Both the position numbers and the translations under genes were made by a program. The notes beneath the pieces were generated by a model that was not told the origin of the DNA, did no database searches, and saw nothing but the letters and a program-made list of their open reading frames with translations. A stretch of 64,000 nt of DNA from IMG/VR virus record IMGVR_UViG_3300045988_171958, positions 96,001 to 160,000 of that record. The stretch is one strand, 5' to 3'. The stretch is from a virus. Below are positions 44,873 through 53,701 of this stretch, in pieces; position 1 is the first letter of the stretch, and each line of letters begins with the position of its first letter.

Positions 44873-45568
44873 TTAAATAGCACCACCTCCTAATGGTACT
44901 TGTTTGATTTCAGTTACTATCCAATCACCAAGAACATTTGCCTTTTCATATATATGATTAGCATTATAACAAACTACTTGAAAGCCAATAGAAACATTAG
45001 GGAATGTTTTATTTAATGTTTCTGCATTCAATGGTACTGTTGTATCAGACCAAGCCTTCATATTATTGTATTTTACCGTAGTAGAAGCACCAGTAGAATC
45101 AATAGATATGGCACCAGTAGAACCGTTTTCAGGTATTAAACTAGGAATATACATTTTAGAACCAAGACCTATTTCTACACACCAAATAGTACCTTTCTTT
45201 ATGAATGTAATTGCATCACCTTTCTGAAGTTCTATTTCTGTTAATGAACCAAATTTATGTATAGCATCACCTAACTTTATGATGTTATTTATATCATTAG
45301 TATTGATTAAAGTAAAACGATCAATATCTACATAATCTGGTACAGAAAATCCAGTTATAGCAACTTGAGATTTTGTAGTCAAATTTACAGTAGGTGCTAA
45401 TACTTCTACTACACCACCTGTGGTAACAGTATCTGTTGTATTATGAGAATAAAGTATGCCATTTGCAAACATCATTCCTTTGTCTTTAATGAAATAAATC
45501 TTATTAAGTTCATGAGTACCTTCTGCTTTGAATTTAGCAAAAGTGGTTTCTTTAAATAGTTTTGCCAT
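44873..45568 (-). CDS. short tail-fibre-like protein sharing the N-terminal module
   Basis: MAKLFKETTF...NKIYFIKDKG..ANGILY aligns with the N-termini of 45736..47355 and 48278..49375. Confidence 0.65.
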   Translation of the reverse strand: MAKLFKETTFAKFKAEGTHELNKIYFIKDKGMMFANGILYSHNTTDTVTTGGVVEVLAPTVNLTTKSQVAITGFSVPDYVDIDRFTLINTNDINNIIKLGDAIHKFGSLTEIELQKGDAITFIKKGTIWCVEIGLGSKMYIPSLIPENGSTGAISIDSTGASTTVKYNNMKAWSDTTVPLNAETLNKTFPNVSIGFQVVCYNANHIYEKANVLGDWIVTEIKQVPLGGGAI

Positions 45569-45679
45569 TTGAATTTAAAATATGTTAATTTATAAATGAC
45601 ACCAAACAGATTAACATATATTACAAAATCTGTAAGTCTTACTGTCGGTGTCTTACTGTTTCATTTATATAAAAATAAA

Positions 45680-45707
45680 AAGGACAGAACTTAATTGTCC
45701 TGTCCTT
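45680..45707 (-). terminator. hairpin terminator (minus strand)
   Basis: aaggacag/ctgtcctt stem, with a T-run on the minus strand (plus-strand aaaaataaaa at 45671-45680). Confidence 0.6.
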
Positions 45708-45735
45708 TATATATTAGAAATATTTAAGTTAGAAA

Positions 45736-47355
45736 TTACTTATAAAGAGCATCCAATTCAGCTTTTGAATGAATTTCTGCCCATGGTTCATATTGAATCA
45801 TAAGCTTACCAGCATTATTCTCTACTTTGATGTACTTATTATTATCAGACTTTACAGTAGTCATCAATGCTTGTCCATACAACCATGCATCTTGAATTGT
45901 TACTAATGAAGGATCAACCTTAGAAATTTCAGTAATATCCTTTAAATAATAAGTCTTATTACCTACAGCTACTTGTCCATCGATATTATCAAGTTTAGTA
46001 TCAGACATCAATGTAGCTATCTTAGTGGTAACTGCAAGATCTTTAATCTTACCAGCTTCCTGAGAAAGACTTACAGTAACAAGAGGATGAGTAGCATTAT
46101 CTTGAGCATGTAGTTCTGCAGCAAGACTATCACGGAGTTTTGCAATCTTAGCATTTACAGATGTTGGATGAGCAACGATATCTTCTTCAGTAGAATTGAT
46201 TTCATCAATCTGGGTTTGAAGATTAGCATCACCAGTTCCACGATCTTTGATTTCCTGGTCAAGAGATTCTCGTAATTCTTGGATCTTTTTATCAATACCA
46301 TCAGTCAAAGTCTTATCGCGTTCAATAGCACGATTAGCAACAGCTGCAATCAATTCATCAGTAGCTTTGAACTTAGCGGCCACCTTAGTAGAATCAGCTA
46401 AACCCTTAATATCAGCAAAGTTGTTAGCATCAGCATGTTCCTTAATAGAAGCTGTATAAGTTTCAGATTCTCCTTCAGTGTGAGTAACAGTAGTAGCAAC
46501 AGTCAAGTCTGTGGCATCAACTACAGCATTAACTTCATAACACATACCACCATCAACATCTCCAGGATGAGGAGTATCTGTTGTAGTAGGAGTTGTCTTC
46601 TTTACTGCAATATATGTAGGAGTACCAGTATGAATTTCTTCAAGCCTGAATACATCATTCATAGGGATATAAGTTACCTTATTCTCCCCATCGGCATTCC
46701 ATGTAATCTTGATAGCAGGAAGACCATCTTCACCTTGAGCAACATACTCTACTGAGCTAATCATTCCATCAACGATGAAATCATTAACATCAACAGCAGT
46801 ACCTACCATTGTACCATCCTTGTCGGCAAGATACATGCTTGGGTGATTAGCAGGAATTCCATCTGGTTTATTTTCTGCCAGTTTATTAGCATAAACAAGT
46901 TGCAAACCAGAAGTAAGCTTACCAGCCTTAGTAACTACTGTCAATTCATCAGCTATTACAGCTACTTCATAGTTCTTGTGACCATCAACATCCTGAGGAG
47001 TAACAGTAACAGCAGAATCAGTTGCAGCAGAAACCGTAGTCATCTTCTTTGCTACATATTTAGCAATAGTAGATTTAGTAGTATCATCTACAATTTCATA
47101 AGTACCATCAGCAGTAATACCTTCAACACCAGTGATTTTCTTGATAGCATTATCAAGATTTGTAAGATGCGCCTTTGTTTCTTCAGATACACCAAATACT
47201 TGACCATGAGTAACAATTTCTTCAGTATCAGCTAAGAAGAAAATTCTGTCATTATAGTCTGTTTTACTGGTAGCTACAACTTGTGCCTTTAATGAATTAG
47301 CATCAGTAGTTGCATCAGCTTTTACATAAATAAAGACTTTCTTTAAATCAGCCAT
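45736..47355 (-). CDS. tail-fibre-like protein
   Basis: 539 aa. The N-terminal module is ...DRIFFLADTEEIVTHGQVFGVS. Ala/Thr/Val/Asp-rich fibrous composition, and GC-richer by eye. Confidence 0.7.
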   Translation of the reverse strand: MADLKKVFIYVKADATTDANSLKAQVVATSKTDYNDRIFFLADTEEIVTHGQVFGVSEETKAHLTNLDNAIKKITGVEGITADGTYEIVDDTTKSTIAKYVAKKMTTVSAATDSAVTVTPQDVDGHKNYEVAVIADELTVVTKAGKLTSGLQLVYANKLAENKPDGIPANHPSMYLADKDGTMVGTAVDVNDFIVDGMISSVEYVAQGEDGLPAIKITWNADGENKVTYIPMNDVFRLEEIHTGTPTYIAVKKTTPTTTDTPHPGDVDGGMCYEVNAVVDATDLTVATTVTHTEGESETYTASIKEHADANNFADIKGLADSTKVAAKFKATDELIAAVANRAIERDKTLTDGIDKKIQELRESLDQEIKDRGTGDANLQTQIDEINSTEEDIVAHPTSVNAKIAKLRDSLAAELHAQDNATHPLVTVSLSQEAGKIKDLAVTTKIATLMSDTKLDNIDGQVAVGNKTYYLKDITEISKVDPSLVTIQDAWLYGQALMTTVKSDNNKYIKVENNAGKLMIQYEPWAEIHSKAELDALYK

Positions 47356-47393
47356 ATTATTTTATAACTAGTTATATTTAATTTTTATTTTTA

Positions 47394-48194
47394 TTATTGT
47401 CCACATGTACAACCAGGCCCACATTGATTTTTATTGGTTCCAGTAGTACCGCCTGTAGTACCGGTAGTAGTATTAGTAGGGACATAATTATCAGCCCAAG
47501 TACCATACAAACTATATGTGGATCCGTTTATTATACCCCAGTATTCATCACCTCCGAAATGAACAAAGTCAGTAAGATAGGCATACGCTGAATATGTGTA
47601 TGTCCAATTGTTATCTACCTCTGTAGAGGTGTAAGTATTGCAATATGTTTTAGTAGCTTCAGCTGCTCGCTCAATATAATCATAAGTATAAGACAAGTCA
47701 GCTTCATGCTTTTGAATTGCTGCTGCTAAATCAGCTTGAATTTGACTGATGTTATTAAAGTATGTGTAAGTATCTTTAATAACACCATCCACACGGAAAT
47801 TGAGATAAGCTAATGAACGACGATTTTCTTTGACACCAGTCTGCAATATATTGATATCATCATGATGTGCATGTTGTCTAGCAGAGATTTCACGCATAGC
47901 ATTAGTCAGGCTAGCCAATTGACAATCTTGCTTTCCATTAAGCTTCTCTATTCCATCTATTCTATATTCATGATTGGAAACAGTATTGGATATGGCTCTT
48001 ACGGTTTCCATACCTGTTGCTCTTCTAAGTTCATGCCATAGATGGTCTATAGTGTGGTTTTGTTTCTCATTTATCTTTTGAGAAAGCTCATCAACAGTAA
48101 CAACTTTATTAGCATGGTCTTGAACGAGAACAACCAATGCATCATCATCTATTCTTGATGCATAAGGTAGTTCAGATATTTTTACATTTCCCAT
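47394..48194 (-). CDS. tail-fibre/fibritin-like protein
   Basis: MGNVKISELPYASRIDDDALVVLVQD N-terminus typical of fibre proteins, then a coiled-coil middle. The C-terminus is TTGTTGGTTGTNKNQCGPGCTCGQ. Confidence 0.65.
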   Translation of the reverse strand: MGNVKISELPYASRIDDDALVVLVQDHANKVVTVDELSQKINEKQNHTIDHLWHELRRATGMETVRAISNTVSNHEYRIDGIEKLNGKQDCQLASLTNAMREISARQHAHHDDINILQTGVKENRRSLAYLNFRVDGVIKDTYTYFNNISQIQADLAAAIQKHEADLSYTYDYIERAAEATKTYCNTYTSTEVDNNWTYTYSAYAYLTDFVHFGGDEYWGIINGSTYSLYGTWADNYVPTNTTTGTTGGTTGTNKNQCGPGCTCGQ

Positions 48195-48228
48195 TAGTTG
48201 TTGTTCAATTTTGTTGATTAAAAATAAA

Positions 48229-48256
48229 TCAAGGTGTCACCCGGGTGACACCTTGA
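48229..48256 (-). terminator. perfect 28-nt GC-rich palindromic terminator
   Basis: tcaaggtgtcacccgggtgacaccttga, with a T-rich run downstream on the minus strand. Confidence 0.7.
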
Positions 48257-48277
48257 CCATATTCATATCTCTTTAGA

Positions 48278-49375
48278 TTAAGCAGTGTAATCCTCCCAGA
48301 ATGTAGCTGGATTAGCCAATGCATCTGTAATCTCCTGGATAGCTTGTTTACGAGCAGTTACCTCATTAGTAAGAGACTGGGTTAAAGTAGCAATGTTGTC
48401 AGCATTCTTCTTGATAGTGTTTACTGGGCCACTAACAGGAATAGCTTCACCATATAATGCAACATCAGCAGCCTTACGATCTGTAACTTCCTGTGCAATA
48501 GTAGTAGTAGCAGTAGTGTTAAGACCATCTGCATATTCCTTAGCTTCCTTCAATGCCTTCTTGATAGAACCATTTACAGTTTCCTCACCCTGGATAACAT
48601 CAAGCTTACCATTAATAGTATCAATCTTACCCTGAAGATCTGAGCTAGCACCACTGACAGCAGCATCAATATAAGTCTTTACATCAAGAGCATCAACAAG
48701 ACCAGTAACAGCCGGTGTAGCATGTTCACCTTCTACAGCAGCCTTAGCATTAGCTACATTACACGTAACTGGTTTGATAGTAAGCTTCTTCTTGGCATAG
48801 CTAACTTCAAAATGTGTCTTATCACCAGATACAACATCATTCATATCAAGCATCTGACCAAGATCGATATTTACATCAACATCTGCAGCAGCACCTTCGA
48901 ATGTGAGCTTCAATGTATTTGTATCAGCATCATAAGCAGAACTCTTTACAACGTGGTTGCCAATGATATCACTAGCCTTGATAGATGAATGAACTACACC
49001 ATCTTCTGATGTGAAGTCGATAGCCTTAGTAGTAGCATTGTAAGCAACTGTCTTAACAAGAAGAGCACGCTTAGCATCATTATCTGTCTTATATGCATCA
49101 AGTGCAGATTGTACAGCATCGATAGCAGCCTTTACTGAATCCTCAGTACCCTTACCATTGTTGTCAAATGTCTTCAAGATAGACTTGATGTTAGCAATCT
49201 GAGCCTGAACATCAGTAGAAAGACCATAAGCAACACCCTGAGTAACAATCTCCTGGGTCTTTGTCAAGAAGTAAATCTTATTGTTGTTAGTCTCCTTAGA
49301 TTTAGCAATGACTGCATCACGAAGACCAGCCTCTGTAACACGAACAAAAAGCTTGTTTAAGTTTGTTAAAGCCAT
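48278..49375 (-). CDS. tail-fibre-like coiled-coil protein
   Basis: In-frame ATG at 49375 (MALTNLNKLFVRV...) matches the N-termini of the paralogs. The track start is at 49426. Contains ...NKIYFLTKTQEIVTQGVAYGLS. Confidence 0.7.
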   Translation of the reverse strand: MALTNLNKLFVRVTEAGLRDAVIAKSKETNNNKIYFLTKTQEIVTQGVAYGLSTDVQAQIANIKSILKTFDNNGKGTEDSVKAAIDAVQSALDAYKTDNDAKRALLVKTVAYNATTKAIDFTSEDGVVHSSIKASDIIGNHVVKSSAYDADTNTLKLTFEGAAADVDVNIDLGQMLDMNDVVSGDKTHFEVSYAKKKLTIKPVTCNVANAKAAVEGEHATPAVTGLVDALDVKTYIDAAVSGASSDLQGKIDTINGKLDVIQGEETVNGSIKKALKEAKEYADGLNTTATTTIAQEVTDRKAADVALYGEAIPVSGPVNTIKKNADNIATLTQSLTNEVTARKQAIQEITDALANPATFWEDYTA

Positions 49376-49480
49376 AATTATGGTTATTTGTAAAATATAT
49401 TTATTGTTTGCAAACAATTTGTACATTAAATTGTCTTATTTAAAAATAGCAGAAAAAGTTTCTAAAAGTTAGACTATTTG

Positions 49481-49516
49481 TTTGAAATTTCTACAAAAGA
49501 TTCTATCTTTTATACG
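49481..49516 (+). promoter_or_regulatory. class-I consensus phage promoter
   Basis: tttgaaatttctacaaaagattctatctt with +20 geometry and G at +35. Confidence 0.65.
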
Positions 49517-49524
49517 TCAAATAA

Positions 49525-49857
49525 ATGTTGAATATAATTTTAATGCTTATGTGTGAAAAGAAGTTTTGTGATAAGAAATGTTTGAAATGTAAGTATCATA
49601 CTATTGTACCAGATCCAGATCCAGATGATTGGTTCAATGATGATGATATGGCTATGTATTGTACTAATCCAAACAATACAATGGAAAAGGAATGGACTAG
49701 TCCTAGCCAACGAGAGAGAGTCTTGTCTTATATTTCTGACAAGCCTTATCTGAAGAAAGGTTGGACATTTATTTGTGGATCTATGCGTCCTTATGAACTT
49801 AGTAAGAGCAGAGAAGATAATGTATTTGCGAATAAAGAAAGTGAGGTACTGTTATGA
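49525..49857 (+). CDS. hypothetical Cys-rich protein
   Basis: 110 aa with N-terminal CEKKFCDKKCLKCKY. Confidence 0.65.
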   Translation: MLNIILMLMCEKKFCDKKCLKCKYHTIVPDPDPDDWFNDDDMAMYCTNPNNTMEKEWTSPSQRERVLSYISDKPYLKKGWTFICGSMRPYELSKSREDNVFANKESEVLL

Positions 49858-50006
49858 TGTTCATTGATGACAATGGGTATATTGAGTACAATATGAAGGA
49901 AGTATCAGAGACTTATATGCCTACTAGAGCAGAATTAGTTATGGGTGAAAGACCATTCTATAATAGATATTTGAATAACAGAAAGAAGAAACATGGAAGA
50001 AATTAA
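49854..50006 (+). CDS. possible small ORF (50 aa) below track threshold
   Basis: ATGA overlap with the previous stop. Manual translation MMFIDDNGYIEYNMKEVSETYMPTRAELVMGERPFYNRYLNNRKKKHGRN fills the gap. Confidence 0.45.
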   Translation: MMFIDDNGYIEYNMKEVSETYMPTRAELVMGERPFYNRYLNNRKKKHGRN

Positions 50007-50361
50007 ATTAATTAAGGATATTAAGGATATTGTTACAAAGCAAGATGCCGATACTCTCAGCAACAAATTGATGAATGCTGAAGTAGAACTCAATAGGACA
50101 AGAAATTTCTTGAGTGATGCTAGCAATTTCTGTACTGATGATTATGATATGGGTCTTTCTTGTAAGATGATTTTAAGAAAGCATATTGAATATCTTCAGT
50201 ATAATATTGATTTGCTAGAAAAGATGCTTACCAAGTCGCAAAACAATAAGTATATTAAGCGAGATGAGGCACCTGAGTTGACAACTGTTTATAAGAAAGC
50301 AGATACAAAGAAGGAAGTTCCTTACTATACAAGTTCTGATAATGTTGATATGCTGATTTGA
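49993..50361 (+). CDS. hypothetical protein
   Basis: 122-aa ORF. Confidence 0.65.
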   Translation: MEEIKLIKDIKDIVTKQDADTLSNKLMNAEVELNRTRNFLSDASNFCTDDYDMGLSCKMILRKHIEYLQYNIDLLEKMLTKSQNNKYIKRDEAPELTTVYKKADTKKEVPYYTSSDNVDMLI

Positions 50362-50699
50362 TGGAAAAGTTTGTAAAATTGATTCCTCGAAAGATGATAG
50401 AGGAGATGATAGCTTATCGTGATGGAAAGGTAGAATTGACAAATGAAATCATAGGTGAAGTAGATAATTTCAGTGATTTTGTTGTATGCAATAACATAGA
50501 GTTGCCAGGATTGCCACATGGATACGGAACGCGCCTTTACCATAAGGATGATAAAGAACATCAATATCCAGTTTCATATACAGATGCATATTGTCAGATA
50601 CATTATAACATGTTGAAAGAGCATGTTTGTAAGGTACTTGACATACCTAACTATGTATATCTTGATCTTGAATATATGCTGTCAAAATATTTTGATTAA
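50358..50699 (+). CDS. hypothetical protein
   Basis: 113-aa ORF with a 4-nt overlap. Confidence 0.65.
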   Translation: MMEKFVKLIPRKMIEEMIAYRDGKVELTNEIIGEVDNFSDFVVCNNIELPGLPHGYGTRLYHKDDKEHQYPVSYTDAYCQIHYNMLKEHVCKVLDIPNYVYLDLEYMLSKYFD

Positions 50700-50701
50700 A
50701 T

Positions 50702-50737
50702 TTTGAAATTTTCTAAAGCTTTTCTATATTATAATCG
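50702..50737 (+). promoter_or_regulatory. class-I consensus phage promoter
   Basis: tttgaaattttctaaagcttttctatatt with +20 geometry and G at +35. ATG lies 23 nt after the -10 box. Confidence 0.75.
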
Positions 50738-50752
50738 TTAATAAAATATATA

Positions 50753-51082
50753 ATGATTATGAACAAAGTAAAGACAACTATAGAGAATTTTTTCAATTGG
50801 TATACTGGTAATGAATTTCTACATTCTGATTTCGAATATCATGTAATGGAATTCATTACTCCAGATTTAGTTGAAGAATTTGGTTCTGATGAAGAAAGTG
50901 CTTCTTTTACATTAGCTAATGTGCTTAAGTACATTAAAGATGATGAAATCGAAGTGGAAGTAGGTAAAGAAACTGGTGATGCATCAGAAAGCTATTATGC
51001 CAAGTTTACTATTGGTGATGGTGTTCAACTTGATAAGTTTGACTTATGCATCTATACAGCAGATCCATTTAATAATAATTAA
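50753..51082 (+). CDS. acidic hypothetical protein
   Basis: 109-aa ORF. The start context is aATGATTATGAac. Confidence 0.65.
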   Translation: MIMNKVKTTIENFFNWYTGNEFLHSDFEYHVMEFITPDLVEEFGSDEESASFTLANVLKYIKDDEIEVEVGKETGDASESYYAKFTIGDGVQLDKFDLCIYTADPFNNN

Positions 51083-51096
51083 TATAATATAAAGTT

Positions 51097-51216
51097 ATGA
51101 ATGAAAGAAAATTAGATTTTAGAGCTTGTTTTGAGCCAAGTTATTCAATCCAATCAGGTGATGCTGAAGTAGCAGAAATGAGTTATGAAAGAGCTCATGA
51201 GCTTATTTACGGATAA
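51097..51216 (+). CDS. possible small ORF (39 aa)
   Basis: Manual translation MNERKLDFRACFEPSYSIQSGDAEVAEMSYERAHELIYG fills the gap. Confidence 0.35.
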   Translation: MNERKLDFRACFEPSYSIQSGDAEVAEMSYERAHELIYG

Positions 51217-51230
51217 ACAACAGAATTATC

Positions 51231-51656
51231 ATGACAATTGAGAGAATAACAAAACAGAAATTAGATAAGATTAAAGATCTAATTGGAGATTTAAGTGAAA
51301 GTTCTCGTAAGAATTATGGTCCTGGTAAGTTTTTTACTAATGAAACTATAGTCAATGGAGATAAATTGAATGTTTTGACTGCCTTAGTCAAGAATTTGAT
51401 GGTGGATGCTGAAAATTTGCAAAAGACTATAGATATGTATATCGATTTCATTAGAGAAAAGTTACCTAATGAAACTATCACATTCGATCCAAATAAAAAG
51501 AAGTTATATATACCAGAAAAGTTATATATACCAGAAAAGAAAGAAGAAAAGAAACCTATCAATACTCCAACTAAACGTAAGGCACCTAAGCCTACTAAGC
51601 AAGTGAGTAAACCAGATGTTGCAAATGACAATGGTAATGATATGCTTCTTTTGTAG
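51231..51656 (+). CDS. hypothetical Lys-rich protein
   Basis: 141-aa ORF with an internal KLYIPE duplication. Confidence 0.65.
   Translation: MTIERITKQKLDKIKDLIGDLSESSRKNYGPGKFFTNETIVNGDKLNVLTALVKNLMVDAENLQKTIDMYIDFIREKLPNETITFDPNKKKLYIPEKLYIPEKKEEKKPINTPTKRKAPKPTKQVSKPDVANDNGNDMLLL
51503..51538 (+). repeat. perfect 18-nt tandem duplication
   Basis: gttatatataccagaaaa x2 (in frame, encodes KLYIPE KLYIPE). Confidence 0.9.
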
Positions 51657-51673
51657 AAAATAATTCAAATAAA

Positions 51674-51795
51674 TTTGAAATTTTTTGAAACTTTTCTATA
51701 TGTTATAACTTCATACTTCAGTTCAACTGAAGTTAACTAAAGTTAACAGGAAATAAAAGTTTGAATTTTAATTCAACTTTTCTATATTATTAACG
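51674..51795 (+). repeat. tandem-promoter cassette, copy 2 of 3
   Basis: P1 at 51674, leader hairpin acttcagt-tca-actgaagt, and P2 at 51760. Nearly identical to 29829..29950. Confidence 0.8.
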
Positions 51796-51849
51796 TATTT
51801 AATATATACAACAAACAAATATTTTAACAATTTAAATTAAGAAAGAATT

Positions 51850-52224
51850 ATGCAGAGTTTTGAGTCAATTATTGGTGGAAGTGCAAAAGAGGTAAAGGAT
51901 ATTCGTGTAAAGAACGCAACACGATCAATTCAGACACAGTCTGAGATGGATGTAGCTAAGATGGTACAGGACTATCGTAACATGCAGAATGACCTTGAGA
52001 ATTCACTTGACTTGGGTATTACAAATACCACAGATGTTGCCACTAACTTGAAGGCAATTAATCCAGTCGAGATTCTCAATAAGGTGAATACTACAGCTCA
52101 GTCTATGGCAGTTCTCGCTCGAAAAATCAAGATTGCAGTCAAGATCCATAACACATTGTTCCCGACCGCTAAGGTAACTGGTTTGACAGATGATGAGCTT
52201 GACTTCTTGAAGGACTGCATCTAA
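51850..52224 (+). CDS. hypothetical protein (GC-richer by eye)
   Basis: 124-aa ORF behind the tandem promoter. Confidence 0.7.
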   Translation: MQSFESIIGGSAKEVKDIRVKNATRSIQTQSEMDVAKMVQDYRNMQNDLENSLDLGITNTTDVATNLKAINPVEILNKVNTTAQSMAVLARKIKIAVKIHNTLFPTAKVTGLTDDELDFLKDCI

Positions 52225-52248
52225 GTCCTTTATTTATTTGTAAATGAA

Positions 52249-52284
52249 ATGGACATTGCTTTGAACAAAGTAGTGTCCATTTTC
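52249..52284 (+). terminator. nested hairpin terminator overlapping the next promoter
   Basis: atggaca-ttg-ctttg-aa-caaag-tag-tgtccat followed by tttt. Confidence 0.55.
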
Positions 52285-52290
52285 TATATT
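52260..52290 (+). promoter_or_regulatory. class-II promoter variant (22-nt offset)
   Basis: tttgaacaaag...ttctatatt with 22-nt offset. Upstream of the PolB C-terminal gene. Confidence 0.45.
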
Positions 52291-52326
52291 AAATCATATA
52301 TAATATAGCAATAAATAAAGATAAAA

Positions 52327-53619
52327 ATGGAATATAACGTAGAGAAATATGGAGAAAAGAAAGTTTTCTCTGAGCAGTGTCAGCAATTTATGAAAGATAA
52401 GCTTGGAGGTAAAGATATTTATTCACTTTCATTGGAAGAGCTTAAAACATATAAAGAGGACTTGGAACATCTGATAGAAGAGAATTCAATGTTGGAATTA
52501 TGCAGTAAACTTTTGAATAATGCGGCGTACGGTGCATGTGCAAACAGATTCTTTTATTTCTATGATATGCGTGTTGCAAGTGATATTACATGTGAGGCAA
52601 GAAACTTGACAAAATTCATGTGGCATAGACTTGAAGAGTTTTTCCATGAAGATATTTGGAAAAGAAAGGATTTGTGGGAAAAATTTGGATTTGAACTTGA
52701 TGAGTCAAAACATGATTGGTTTAGAGAGCAACATATTAGTGAATATAGTGATACTGATTCTGTATATACCCAATATGGTGATTTCTTCAGATGTTGGACA
52801 CCAGAAACTTTAGCAAGTATTCCAGAACGAGATGATAAGATCAAATGGATATTGAGATTCAATAAAGAGTTTCTTGATAAGCAAAATACTGAATGGATGA
52901 ACAATATGTACAATCCACGACATTGTCATTCAATTCATGAGTTTGAGTTGGAAACTGTTTCTGAAGCAACAATTACATTGAAGAAAAAGAAATATTTGAA
53001 GGCTATGTCTTATTCAAAAGGCAAGTGGTTTACACCTTCAAAGATTACCGGTGTTGGAATTGAGCTTATCAAGACAACTTCTCCTAAGCTTGCAAAGGAA
53101 ATCATTACTGATATGACAAGGTCATTAGTTTATGAAACCGGTACAATGTCAAAAGAAGAATATATTCTCTATTTCAACAGCAGATTGGAAAAGTGGAAGA
53201 AGAAATTCTGGTCAGCTCCTATTGAGGATATTTCTCAGTCAATTAATGTTGGTAATTATAAGAAATATGTTTTGTGTGATGAAGAAGATTTGATGTTTGC
53301 AAAACAGACTCCAGTATCTGTAAAATGTGCAGCAAGATATAACTATTTAGCAAAGAAGAACAATCAGAGAAATCTTCGTATTGTACAAGGGCAGAAAGTA
53401 AAGTATTACAATATAAGATTAGGAAGTACAAAGAAGGCTGAAACAGATTACTTTGGATATCCATCTGGTGAACTTCCATCTTGGGCACCACAATGTGATA
53501 AGGCAATACAATGGCAAAAGAATGTTCTTGATCCATTGAACAGATTTCTTGAAGTAATGAAATTCCCATTGTTGAATGGTAATGGCACAGTCCAGTTTGA
53601 CTTATTTGGAAATGCTTAA
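52327..53619 (+). CDS. family-B DNA polymerase, C-terminal half only (motifs B and C, thumb)
   Basis: SKLLNNAAYGA (motif B KxxxNSxYG), YSDTDSVY (motif C), KKKKYLKA (KKRY-like). No exonuclease motifs or motif A. 430 aa. Confidence 0.8.
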   Translation: MEYNVEKYGEKKVFSEQCQQFMKDKLGGKDIYSLSLEELKTYKEDLEHLIEENSMLELCSKLLNNAAYGACANRFFYFYDMRVASDITCEARNLTKFMWHRLEEFFHEDIWKRKDLWEKFGFELDESKHDWFREQHISEYSDTDSVYTQYGDFFRCWTPETLASIPERDDKIKWILRFNKEFLDKQNTEWMNNMYNPRHCHSIHEFELETVSEATITLKKKKYLKAMSYSKGKWFTPSKITGVGIELIKTTSPKLAKEIITDMTRSLVYETGTMSKEEYILYFNSRLEKWKKKFWSAPIEDISQSINVGNYKKYVLCDEEDLMFAKQTPVSVKCAARYNYLAKKNNQRNLRIVQGQKVKYYNIRLGSTKKAETDYFGYPSGELPSWAPQCDKAIQWQKNVLDPLNRFLEVMKFPLLNGNGTVQFDLFGNA

Positions 53620-53701
53620 AATGAGCATCTCTTTCTAGTACTTCATTCTTCAGTACACCTGAAGTTATTTTTAACTAAATCCATTAAAATTGAATTGAAA
53701 A

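Noticed and set aside
46247-47235. Three plus-strand ORFs (70, 106 and 130 aa) inside the 539-aa fibre gene. Similar ORFs lie at 48393-48988 inside the 382-aa fibre gene.
   Set aside because: They are antisense to long, paralog-supported fibre genes, and their Ser/Ile/Cys-rich composition is implausible.
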